From assembly GCF_001194135.2 (NCBI RefSeq), contig NC_068987.1, forward strand, positions 107,428,754 to 107,473,466: a DNA stretch of 44,713 bases. Direction: 5' to 3'. Under the pieces are notes generated by a model. The model did no database searches. It had not been told where the DNA came from and saw only the letters and a list, made by a program, of their open reading frames with translations. The stretch is from Octopus bimaculoides. Taxonomy: Eukaryota. A program made the translations under genes and the position numbers. Of the stretch, positions 34,445 to 44,713 are shown piece after piece. How positions within the stretch are numbered: the first letter of the stretch is position 1; every line of letters begins with the position of its first letter.

Positions 34445-34740
34445 CTGTTGTTGTTGCTGCTGCCGTTGTTGTTGTTGCTGTTGTTTTTGTTGTTGTTGTT
34501 GTTGATGATGTTGTTGCAGGTATTGTTGCTATATTTGTTCTCGTTCATCGTTCATCTTCATCTTTTTGCGCCCCGATGTATATTTCTCGTCTTCATCGAC
34601 ATATCTTCTTCAAATACTTCTTTTCTTCACTGCTGTTGCCTGCTGCTGCTGCCGCCACCCCCGCCACCGCCGCTAGCACCACCACCACCACCACCACCAC
34701 CACCACCACCGGACACCATGAACAACAACAACAACAACAC
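34445..34740. repeat. Compound (GTT)/(GCT)/(CCA)/(CAA) microsatellite
   Basis: Direct reading. Confidence 0.88.
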
Positions 34741-35336
34741 TGAATACTATTGCTGCTCTTAATGCAGATTTCCATTAAATTCATGAAATCCGAAAAAAAT
34801 ATAAACTTGCAAAAATGAAAACGTTCCTTCTAATTACCGCAAATTAGTTAATATACATGAATATTCATTAGTCAATCAATTTACATATCTATATATTTAT
34901 CAATCATTTTAAATATCTTACACACACTGTCATATATTGCTACATNNNNNNNNNNNNNNNNNNNNNNNNNNNNNNNNNNNNNNNNNNNNNNNNNNNNNNN
35001 NNNNNNNNNNNNNNNNNNNNNNNNNNNNNNNNNNNNNNNNNNNNNNNNNNNNNNNNNNNNNNNNNNNNNNNNNNNNNNNNNNNNNNNNNNNNNNNNNNNN
35101 NNNNNNNNNNNNNNNNNNNNNNNNNNNNNNNNNNNNNNNNNNNNNNNNNNNNNNNNNNNNNNNNNNNNNNNNNNNNNNNNNNNNNNNNNNNNNNNNNNNN
35201 NNNNNNNNNNNNNNNNNNNNNNNNNNNNNNNNNNNNNNNNNNNNNNNNNNNNNNNNNNNNNNNNNNNNNNNNNNNNNNNNNNNNNNNNNNNNNNNNNNNN
35301 NNNNNNNNNNNNNNNNNNNNNNNNNNNNNNNNNNNN

Positions 35337-35382
<46 letters not shown>

Positions 35383-35425
35383 AGTGTGTGTTTGTCTATA
35401 TAACGGGCTTCTTTCAGTTTCCGTT

Positions 35426-35940
35426 ATTAAGAACCAATTACCTGAAATACAGAATAGACAATACATTAGAAAGTTATAAGTGCAGAATTAGTGGACAAAA
35501 TGGCGAATCCGTATGGTATATTCCCAGTCAATGTACACCACTATTTCAGAACGAATATAAGAGACACCACGACAGTATAGCAAGGATTGTTCATAGGACA
35601 CTTTGCAACATTTATGAACTTGGCAGAACAACAAATTGGTACGAACATAAACCCGATGGTAACATCAAAATTGATAATGCAATGATCCTATAGGATTTTA
35701 TGAGTCAGTGCGACCATATGATAGAGAATAAGAAGTCAGACTTAGTCTTAATTGAGAAAGAAACAAACTATGCTGGATCATAGATATGGGGTGCAGCACT
35801 TGCAGAAAATAGCACTGCTTGGAACTGCTTGAATACTCTGGATGGTGCTGGAAAAATAAGGGGTGTTACTTTAGTCCACTGGTAGAGAACAATAGCTGAC
35901 AACGTAGTACACCTCCAGCGTTAGAAGCTGTGCAAAGACA
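35426..35940 (+). mobile_element. 5'-truncated R4/Dong-clade RLE retrotransposon 3' fragment ending at a (TAA)n tract
   Basis: LRTNYLKYRIDNTLESYKCRISGQNGESVWYIPSQCTPLFQNEYKRHHDSIARIVHRTLCNIY...NWYEHKP...MIL*DF...ENKKSDLVLIEKE is the decayed CCHC finger plus start of the RLE domain; ...LQKIALLGTA C-terminus follows after an internal deletion; (TAA)n starts ~35945. Confidence 0.88.
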
Positions 35941-36654
35941 ATAGAATAATAATAATAATAATAATAATAATAACCACAACACCATCACCAACAACAACAA
36001 CAACAACAATAATAATAATAATGATAATGATAACAGTGGTGATGATGATGATGAAGAAGATGATGATGATGGTGGGGTGATGATGATGATGAGGATGATG
36101 ACGACAATGATGATAAAAATAAGAATAAACAGAAGGTATAGAGGAATCATTTATACTATAGACACAAAACCTGAAATTTGGGGGAGGAGTCAGAACGTTA
36201 CACAGTCCCCCAGTGCTTTACTGGTATTTATTTAATCCATCCTGGATGGATGATGACGAGGATGATGATGAAGATGACGATGGTGATGGTAGTGGTAGTG
36301 GTGGCGATGATGATGATGATGATGATGATTATGACAATTTCTTTAGATAATAATTATAACGATAAAGATAATAAAGACAACTAAAGTAAATGAATCAGGA
36401 GTTTTAGAAGAAAATAAAAATAAAACAAAAAGCAAGAATATTTTTTTCTTTCTTTTTTTTGGAAATGAAGCTGAAATGTATAAATGTATAAAATACTCTC
36501 AAATAAAATATAAAATAATGAATAAATATCGCTAACCTAGGAATGCTAATTATTCGATTCGCATCAATATATAACCCAACGATAATTTTATCGTCTGACC
36601 TCCCATGTATTTCTCCATACAGAAAACAAATCACTAGTGATAAGAAATGGTTTC

Positions 36655-36739
<85 letters not shown>

Positions 36740-37240
36740 TTCATTATTATTATTATATCATCGTCTCATCATCATTGTTGTTTTGTTTTGTTATGGTTAT
36801 TGTTGTTGTTCTGCTGGTTATTATTATGGTTTATTTTAGTTTTATTTTTTCATTTCATTATATATATATACTTTTTCCCCCTTGTCTGCCATTTTGTCTC
36901 TTTATCTTTCATGTTATTTCACTTTTAAATTTCCATCAAAATATTACGACTTCCTGTTTTATTTGATATGTTTGATTACTATTCAATGTAAAGGAATTAA
37001 ATAATAATAATAATATTAATAATTATAATGATGATGATAATAATAATAATAATAATAGCAATAACAATAATAATAATGATAATAATAATAACAATAATTT
37101 CTATATATTTTTCAAAAATACATTTTAAAAATATAATAAAATGGAATAAAATAAAAAACATGATAACGCTTTCATTTAGTTAAAATAACAACGAAAGCAC
37201 TACCGCCACCACCACCATCAACGACAACAAAAACTATAAT

Positions 37241-37274
<34 letters not shown>

Positions 37275-37275
37275 T
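35941..37275. repeat. Dense (TAA)/(GAT)/(TAT) microsatellite field including a perfect (TAT)n of ~27 units at 36658-36739
   Basis: Direct reading; source of the poly-Y, poly-I and poly-L ORFs. Confidence 0.9.
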
Positions 37276-37429
37276 TTCACAAAATGAAACTTGTACAAGA
37301 AATTTGATCAATATTCAAACAGATTTATTTCGATATTTTGAAGTGTAGCGTTCCAGGCGAGTATGGCTATCTCAAAAGATTGGAAGTACTATAAATTTTA
37401 AATGTCAATTTTGAACCAAGAGCAAACAT

Positions 37430-37600
37430 AGAAAGAAAGAAAGGAAGAAAGAAAGAAAAAAGACAAAAACAAAGAAGGATTGGAGAATGAAAGGCAGATG
37501 GAGAAAATAAATAATGGGGAGTACAGAGAGAAAGAAAGAAAGAATAAAGTGAAGCGAGAGAGGGCGGGCGACAGACGGTAGAGAGAAAGAGAGAGGGGGG

Positions 37601-37633
<33 letters not shown>

Positions 37634-37870
37634 CCAAAGAAAAATAAAGAAAGGATGAATGATAGAAGGGAAGAATGAGTGAATGAAAGAAAGGAGTGAG
37701 ACCGAAAGCATTGTAATAAAAATAAACAAAAGCGAAAGAGAGGAACAAAGACAAATAAATAAAGATAAGCATAAAGAAAGAAGAGTGAAGGAAAGCAATA
37801 AAAACACATAAATTGAACCGAGAGAGAGAGAGATTGGGGGAGCAAGAAGAAAAGTGTGAAAAGAAAGAAA
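37430..37870. repeat. Polypurine (GA-rich) low-complexity tract
   Basis: Plus strand almost entirely A/G. Confidence 0.85.
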
Positions 37871-37874
37871 CAAT

Positions 37875-37939
37875 GGGATCGATGAAATCGAGTAGTTCCA
37901 TCCTCCAAAATGTTAGGCCTTGTGCCTTTAGTAGAAAGG

Positions 37940-38009
<70 letters not shown>
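37875..38009 (+). mobile_element. 3' tail of SINE family 4 (37875-37940) followed by (TTA)n (37941-38009)
   Basis: gggatcgatgaaatcgagtagttcc...ccaaaatgttaggccttgtgcctttagtagaaagga-ttattatta. The start resembles ggggtcgatataatcgac of family 4; the rest is recognised from memory of the family tail. Confidence 0.65.
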
Positions 38010-38424
38010 NNNNNNNNNNNNNNNNNNNNNNNNNNNNNNNNNNNNNNNNNNNNNNNNNNNNNNNNNNNNNNNNNNNNNNNNNNNNNNNNNNNNNNNNNNN
38101 NNNNNNNNNNNNNNNNNNNNNNNNNNNNNNNNNNNNNNNNNATCAAGAATTGGGGTAGATTTTATCGATCAACAAATTCTTGGTTATTTGCTTACAGTAG
38201 AAAGAAATATTGTTATTGTTTTTCTACTTCTCAGAACGTTCGGTCTTGTTTGTTCTGGTAGATTCTGTGAAAGCGGACAGCAGCCTGTTGTCAGAAGTCT
38301 CACAAGTTATTTTCCCGCACATTATAAGCTTTGATACTTGGTTGTTAATTATTGTGGGAGACATTGAACACCCAAGTACCAAACTCAAAATATTAGCTGT
38401 CAGAATCAGAGCAGTTTTTGGGGC

Positions 38425-39037
38425 TTGCTCTGCTCTCATATCAATTCCGATTTCTTTGACATATTACTCGACCTTTTACAATATCCTCTTATGGGTCTCC
38501 CTTCATTATCAGTGAGTCCGCCCAAAATAATATTCCATGACAGCTAAATTCATCGACTTAGTCAATTTATTTCTAGCAGCTGTATAATGACGACCGGGCC
38601 TGTGTTGATCACTCACAGGGTACCTGCCTAGGTGAAGTCCGTCACCTGTAGTTGCGTCCTCATTTATTCGTGTTAATTCATTACTCCTATGCAGAGGAAA
38701 ATATGGATAAGGTTTTACAATCACCAGTATTTTTATCGAGACACCATGTCTGGAGGGGTTTGTGTAAAAAGACGCAAAGAGGATCTTCTCCCCTTAGGAG
38801 TTTAAGTGAGCTAGCATACACTGGACACTAAATCCAGTATTCAGTGCTACGCGGCTGGTGAATGCGTTGTTATTCGGATGGCTTTTGTCTCCTCAGAGGT
38901 CATCCGCGAATAGACAGGTCTTGTATTTGATCCTCCAGGGTGACCAAATAGCAAAAGACACCCTCCTCATGAAGCAACAAAATGTACTCTCGTCGCAAAG
39001 CAGCAAAAGGTCCCTATCGTCAAAAAGCAGCAAAAAA
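38425..39037 (-). mobile_element. 5' portion (UTR plus ORF N-terminus) of a second R4/Dong-clade element, 3'-truncated
   Basis: Minus strand reads ARNKLTKSMNLAVMEYYF / LTDNEGRPIRGYCKR / KEIGIDMRAEQ, matching the R4-clade N-terminal KWTKxMNxAVMECY...GxPxRGYRxRM...KExG...EQ pattern. The 5' end abuts the microsatellite at 39038. Confidence 0.75.
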
Positions 39038-39052
39038 TTATTATTATTATTA

Positions 39053-39084
<32 letters not shown>

Positions 39085-39087
39085 GTT

Positions 39088-39130
<43 letters not shown>
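39038..39130. repeat. (TTA)n/(ATC)n spacer between two R4 elements
   Basis: (TTA)n 39038-~39087 then (ATC)n to 39130. Confidence 0.95.
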
Positions 39131-39131
<1 letters not shown>

Positions 39132-42100
39132 TTTTACTTTTAATCTGCATCTTTGTTACAGTCACTTATCTAGACACACCCAGCGTCCTGGGGCGAGTGA
39201 AGGATAAGAGATGTTACAATATTACTGAAAGCTTGAGGAGGAGAGGTAGTGAAATATTTTCATGCAATACAACACAGACCTTTAAATGGATGTGGGCAGT
39301 ACTTGCGAGCACAATCTTTTGCTCAGAGACATGGTTTTTCTGGGATCTTGTCTAGATGTTTCTGACATCCCTTTTTTTAGCACCCTCAATATCAGGAACA
39401 GTTCTCGTTTTAAGATGTCACATCATTTGTATTTCAATTTCCAGGTCCTTATGTTTACTTAGTTTGTCAAATTTCTTGACAGGTATATCTTTATCAGTGT
39501 ACAAGTATTTTCTTCCCTCTCTTTAATAATTATGTCCGGTCGATTAGCCTGGATCGTTCTGTCAGTGTTGACTGGAAAATCCCAGATGATAGTGACATTT
39601 TTACCTTCAACGACTGGCTCAGATTGATGTTCCCACCAGTAAGTAAGCGTGCTGATTTTGTAGTGTTTACATATTTTCCAATATAAATATTGTCCTACCC
39701 TTTCGTGGCGATTTTTATATCCGTTTGGTGTGCGCACAAGACATCCCGAGACGAGATGGTCTATTGTTTCATCAAATGTGTCGCAGAATCTGTATTCAGT
39801 GTCAGAACCGTTTTGAAGAACACTAGTCTGGTAGTTTTTTGTGAGCAATATTTGGTCTTGTGCTGCCAATATGAAACCTTCAGTCTCTGCTTTCAGTCCT
39901 GAACTTCTCAGTCACTGATGGGTTGTTGCTTGGTCTACATCAGCATTTCAACTCCGTGCAGAGGCTTCTGGCTCCAACGCTCCTCAATTTGCGTTTGCCC
40001 GTTTTTTTTTTTCTTTGAAGTCTCCTTGGTCCATTTTAATTGTTTTGTGGCAGTTGTTTCAGATTCTTCAAATATTTCAGGAGTAATGCCAAGTTCCCTT
40101 GCGAATTTGCAAGCTTCCTTGGAAATCGCACATGACTTTTTGCTGCTTTCGTGTACGCACACAATTCACAGCATCCAGTCCTCTGTACTAGATAAGTACT
40201 TGTTCATTGCTATTGCGGAGGTCTTATAGCACAGTTCTATCTGTATCATTCCTCTTCCCAATTACTTCTAGGCAGGTACAGACGATCGACATCTGCTTTT
40301 GGGTGGTGCATGTTTTTAGAAATAAATATTTTTCTTGTCTTCGTGTCCAGGCGTTGAAGCTCTGTAAGATTCCAGTTAATGATGTTAAAACTATATTAGA
40401 CTCCAGGAAGTGCCAAGGTGTTAATGGCTTCGATGTTTGAGTTCAGTTTTTCGTTACCTGATCGTGTCGCATAAACTTGTAGTGGTTTTGGGTAGGTCTA
40501 GGACATTCGTTTGTGATATGGGCAATGGCTTCGTGCGCTATATTGCAGATGCGGCACAGCGAAGACACTTGCTCATTCCTAAGATTGGCCTTCCATTTCT
40601 TGGTCAAAATTCGATCATGCGCTGCCACTATGTTCTTTACTTCATTGAATTCCCAGTTCAACAAGAGTGTTCGACCAGTCCTGAAATCTGAGCTAAATAC
40701 ATATCATAAGGTGTAAGCTAATACATTTCTTAGCAGCTCCAGTTTGATATTTATAATTTCAACAGGTTTCCGATCATCTCTTTCGTGCTTGTATGCTGAA
40801 TACCTGAGCCTCCATTTATTTCTCAGTATCTCTAAGATTGTTCCTGCTGAAGTTCGTTTATAACTGCGTCCACATCTATCACAACTGAATTTGAGGTCTT
40901 CAATTTTCCTTTCTGGAATGTGACCTTAGTACATTTGTGAAGACCAAACTCCCGCCTGAAGTTATCACTGTGTGCTCTCACACGATCTAATAGGCCTTCA
41001 AGGTCATCATTGACTTTGCCACAAAGTTTTAAGCCATCCATATAAAATAGATGGTTTATTTTCTCCTCAATTTTATATCCATACCCTGCTCTGCTAAGTT
41101 CCCTTGCAAGAGGTATTCAGGCTCTGCAGAAAATTAGATGTGAAAGTGAGTCACCTTGGAAAATTCTACAGCTAGATTTAATATTGTTTGTAGTCAGTAT
41201 TCCATTGGAATGGTATAATTGGAGATTCATATTGCACACTGATATGTTATACTTCAAGTTTGAAATTACAGGAGAAATTTTGAAGATGTCCAGCAGTTTC
41301 ATGGTTCATGAATGTGGTATGATGTTAAAGGCCTTTTTTATAATCAATCCATGCGGGACTGAGATTTCTGCATTTGTTATGATAGTTCCCAAAGAACATG
41401 CGATTAGTTAGGAGTTGATCTTTGCATCCATATGAACCTTCTCGGCACTCCTTTTGTCCAGTGGGGAAAATATCGTTCTATTCCATAAATGTGGACAATT
41501 TCCCCACGAGAATGGATGTTAAAATTTAATGAGTGATAGACAAACAGGACATGGGCCGATAGGCTTTTGGAACTTACGTAGTTTATTCTTTGGGAGTAAC
41601 CCATTTTCTGACAACCTCTCATATGTTCATTAAACAGCTGGACTAACTTACCGTGTGCGCACGGGAGTGATGCGAGCCAGGAATTTGGCAATCTATCTTT
41701 ACCGGGGAACTTCCACTTACGAGCCTTCTTGAGGGCCATCCTTCGGTCTGTTATTGTGACGACTTCCCGTGTTTGTTCTTTTAAATTTTGGTATGATCCT
41801 TCTGTGCGTCTAAACCAATCTACATTTTTATTATATCTTCTCATCACTACAGATCCTTTTCCAAAATTTTCAACTTCTTCCACAGGTGAGGCGTCCTCAA
41901 CAGTTATTTTCTGCTTCCCTATTTCTCTATAGAATGTTTTCGCATTGGACGTGTACGGCTTATTTTGCTTCTGAAGCGTTCTTTCTTTGTTCATATTTTC
42001 GGATTCTTTGCTTCGACTTTTTGTTTCAGCGTTTCTTTTGCTGAAAGCAGTTCTTCTCTTGGTGGGAATCTATAATATCTCTTCATTTTTCTTCCTTTTC

Positions 42101-43370
42101 TGGATCTTACATCATTTTCAGAGATTAGTTCATTTAATATTGATATTTCTCCTCTCATTAATTCAATATATTTTTTTAATTTTACTTCTCCAATTTGGAT
42201 TTCTTCCCAGGTTTATTTTCCTTTCTTTATTTTTTTTCTTCTGAAACATACAATTGGTTGTTTCATTTGCCTTAGCAGATGCGTAAATAATTTCATTTAA
42301 ATCAGTAAGATGTGGTTTAAATTTTTGTGCGATGTCTTTTGTTACATAATTGCCAATTTTAATTTATTTTTTATTTTGGTTTGTATTTGACAGTTTATAA
42401 AGTGATTCTCCATCATTCATAGTTGCACGTCTTACGACTTATTCAGAATTTTCTGCTTTATTTCTATCATAGTCTCTCTGTATTCTTCATCAAATGTGTG
42501 GTCTTCAAATATTGTTTCTTTATCCCTTTCCTGACTATCTTCATCAGGTTCATTACAGCTTCTCATTTCTTCAGGCCTTTGCGTGACAGTCTTTGGATTA
42601 AGGCTCATGGTGCGCTATTCTTTTCATCTGTTTCTTCCTTTCCACCCTATTATATATTTAGGTCATTTTCCGCCGCGTGCTTGATCGTTAGACTATTATT
42701 TCTAAAGATATCCCTCTTAACATTTGTAAGTTGCTTTCGTCTAAATACTGTCTGCTCTCTCGATTTTGTGTTCTCCTTATTTTGTAAGAGTTTGCGGTGT
42801 GTCACTCTTGAGAACGCGTACCTAACGAATAAGGATATGCGCCTATTACGTTTTTAGGCTATCCCCTGGTCCATTTGGTCCTCTTTCATTATTAGTATTA
42901 TTAGCGCATTGTGGCTAATGTAGAAACCGTTATTAAAATCTCTACCCTTATTGTCACCTCTGCCATTATTACCGTTAGAATTACCTCTACCACGACATTA
43001 CAGTAGCAGAGACTATCGTTGATTACCGCTGTTTGTGTTCTTGCAGTCACCCTTACATGAGAACAGTGTAACCGTCATATCAACGCTCTCGTGAGCTGCA
43101 GCCGGGGACAGTCAGAATTAATTTATGACTGCCAGCCTGGTCCCTACTACTGTGTAGTTTTATTAAATGTTTAATTTCAACTTTTGCCTTGTACCCGAGA
43201 TCGCCTTGTACCAGAGATACACGATGGTGGTTGGGGTTAGTAGGAGGAAGAAGTGCAGCGTCGCGGACACAGACACATACCACCAGTCTATAAACAGGTT
43301 CAGCAGATGCTGAGAAGGGAGTCATCAAAGGATCGGTCGTACAACCATGCGGTCAGCAGAAGTCAAGTAT
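39131..43370 (-). mobile_element. Near full-length, decayed R4/Dong-clade non-LTR retrotransposon (single ORF: N-terminal domain, RT, CCHC finger, restriction-like endonuclease); 5' boundary uncertain
   Basis: In minus-strand order: RTKWTR (42868-42882); NAKTFYREIGK...KARKWKFPGKD; WIDYKKAF; IFQGDSLS; INHLFYMDGLKL (YMDD mutated, ~41030-41060); EFGLHKC; RSSGLKAETEGFILAAQDQ; YRFCDTFDETIDHLVSGC...RHERV; IIWDFPVNTDRTIQANRPDIII; KLSKHKDLEIEI; QKIVLASTAHI. Many stops and frameshifts; A-rich 3' end at 39131. Confidence 0.93.
40451..40766 (-). mobile_element. Internal fragment of a different R4-type element (CCHC finger region) embedded in the RT region of the host element
   Basis: IVAAHDRILTKKWKANLRNEQVSSLCRICNIAHEAIAHITNECPRPTQNHYKFMRHDQV (CX2C-X8-H-X4-C then RHD) lies between host GIQHTSTKEMIG (>=40767) and KTEL..IEAINTLALP (<=40450). 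Confidence 0.85.
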
Positions 43371-43388
43371 GTATTTACTACCACAGCA

Positions 43389-43681
43389 AGTGGCTTAGTG
43401 TTTAAGGCATTCGGGTCACGAATATTGAGGTCATAAGTTCGATTCCCGGTGACGTGTTGTGTCCTTGAGCAACATACTTTATTTTACATTGCTCCTGTCC
43501 ACTCAACTTGCAAAAGGGAGTAGTACCTTTATTTCGAAGGGTCAGCCTTATTACATTCTGTGTCAGGCTGAATCTTCCTAGGAATTACGCTAAGGGTACT
43601 CGTGCGCATTAATTACACAAGCAGGCTGTTCAGTTGATCGGATCAATTGGAAGGCTCGTCGTCGGAGGCGACGGAATGTCA
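43389..43681 (+). mobile_element. SINE with family 2 head/body and family 3 tail
   Basis: Head agtggcttagtgtttaagg...gttcgattccc, body gttgtgtccttgagcaa...ttgctcctgtccactcaac as in 4966-5195; tail agggtcagcctt...gctgaat...agcaggctgttcagttgatcggatcaattggaa...gacggaatgtca as in 15787-16173. Confidence 0.85.
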
Positions 43682-43806
43682 GTTGATCAATGAAAGCAGT
43701 GGGAGATCTTGGAGAAAACCAACTTACATTGCTCTGTTTTAAATTACTGATAGAAAAATTACTATTTTTAATATTCTTCTTCTTCTTATTATTATTATTA
43801 TTATTA

Positions 43807-44000
43807 AAGGCGGCGAGCTGGCAGAATCGGTAGCACGCCGGGCGAAATAGTTAGCAATATTTCGCCCGTCGCTACATTCTGAGTTCAAATTCTGCCGAGA
43901 TTGGCGTTGCCTTTCATCCTTTCGGGATCGATTAAATAAGTACCAGTTACGCACTGGGGTCGTTATAAACGGCTTAATTCCCTCCCACCAAGCTGTAAAA
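43807..44000 (+). mobile_element. SINE family 4 preceded by (TTA)6
   Basis: aaggcggcgagctggcagaatcggtagcacgccgggcgaaat...ttctgagttcaaattctgccgag...gcctttcatcctttcgggatcgattaaataagtaccagttacgcactggggtcg. Confidence 0.9.
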
Positions 44001-44027
44001 ATTTGTCGCAATTATTTGAAATCATTA

Positions 44028-44392
44028 TCTCTTTTACTTGTTTCAGTCATTTGACTGCGGCCATGCCGAAGTACCGCCTTTAGTCGAACAAATCAACCCC
44101 AGAACTTATTCTTTGTAAGGCTAGTACTTATTCTATCGGTTTCTTTTGCCGAACCGCTAAATTACGGGGACGTAAACACACCAGCATCGGTTGTCAAGCG
44201 ATGTTGGGGAACAAACACAGACACACAAACACATATATACATACACATATATACGACGGGCTTCTTTCAGTTTCCGTTTACCAAATCCACTCACAAGGCT
44301 TTGATCAGCCCGAGGCTACAGTAGAAGACACTTGACCAAGGTACCACGTAGTGGGACTGAACCAGGCACCATGGGGTTGGTAAACAAGCTAC
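44028..44392 (-). mobile_element. SINE family 1, complete except for the first ~20 nt of the head
   Basis: rc starts gtagcttgtttaccaaccccatggtgcctggttcagtcccactacg and runs through both modules; the expected ...gctgtgtggtaa is replaced by the putative LINE 3' end. Confidence 0.92.
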
Positions 44393-44713
44393 TTTATTTC
44401 ATTTCAATTTGCCATAAAGGCAGTACATAGAGAGTAGCTACGGGCTGGACAAAAACATTAATGAGATGAAATGGATGATAAATATGCTGGTATAATGAGA
44501 GAAGGCAGAAGCCGCCCGCCGAACTTTGCTTCTCTATAACACTGTTCTTTATAAAATTAAATTTTCACATTGAGGCTATGAACCTCGTACATAAAAAGTC
44601 ATAATTTAAGGCATTTGCCTCTTACGATTTTTCATTACACAATATGAGGCACTCGTCTTCTTAGGTTTTTTCGCCCGATATAGCCTTCGCTTCTCTCAAG
44701 CAACACGATGGGT
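44393..44713 (-). mobile_element. 3'-terminal 321 bp of the same putative Tx1-like element as 2749-2805; continues beyond the window
   Basis: 44393-44449 rc equals 2749-2805 at 56/57 nt; ends ...ggcaaattgaaatgaaataaa at the SINE junction. Confidence 0.7.

Larger units (their letters stand above)
902..38141. other. Sixteen assembly gaps (N runs), many flanked by microsatellites
   Basis: Approximately 902-1249, 2297-2748, 5349-6029, 6966-7529, 8704-8713, 9659-10435, 11757-11856, 13793-14492, 16911-17438, 19683-19950, 27975-27984, 31343-31557, 32291-32531, 33710-33809, 34946-35336, 38010-38141. Confidence 0.97.

Noticed and set aside
3563-38158. Dozens of long ORFs in the track (poly-YI, CV, HT, poly-L/S/D/M/Y and X-filled ORFs)
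   Set aside because: They are translations of microsatellites or N-gaps, not genes.
38142-38424. Continuation of open frames on both strands next to R4 element 2
   Set aside because: No match to the expected R4 continuation or any known domain; left unassigned.

Overview
Eukaryotic, AT-rich, repeat-dense draft-assembly window with 16 N-gaps. The SINE families and microsatellite load look like an octopod cephalopod genome (inference from remembered repeat sequences, not a database match). No host protein-coding gene, rRNA, true tRNA or CRISPR array can be supported. Content: (1) an L1/Tx1-clade ORF1 with a CCHC knuckle (1250-2296), a Tx1-type endonuclease remnant (24652-24960), and two copies of one putative LINE 3' end (2749-2805 + and 44393-44449 -) that both join the same nucleotide of a tRNA-derived SINE head; (2) a near full-length decayed R4/Dong-clade RLE retrotransposon (39131-43370, -) in head-to-tail tandem with the 5' part of a second R4 element, plus other R4 fragments at (TAA)n tracts; (3) an internally deleted DD37D (maT-type) Tc1/mariner remnant; (4) about 20 copies or fragments of 3-4 tRNA-derived SINE families; (5) three local duplications, a 34-bp inverted repeat and many microsatellites. 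Best lead: a Tx1-like LINE that appears to insert site-specifically into the D-arm region of a tRNA-derived SINE.
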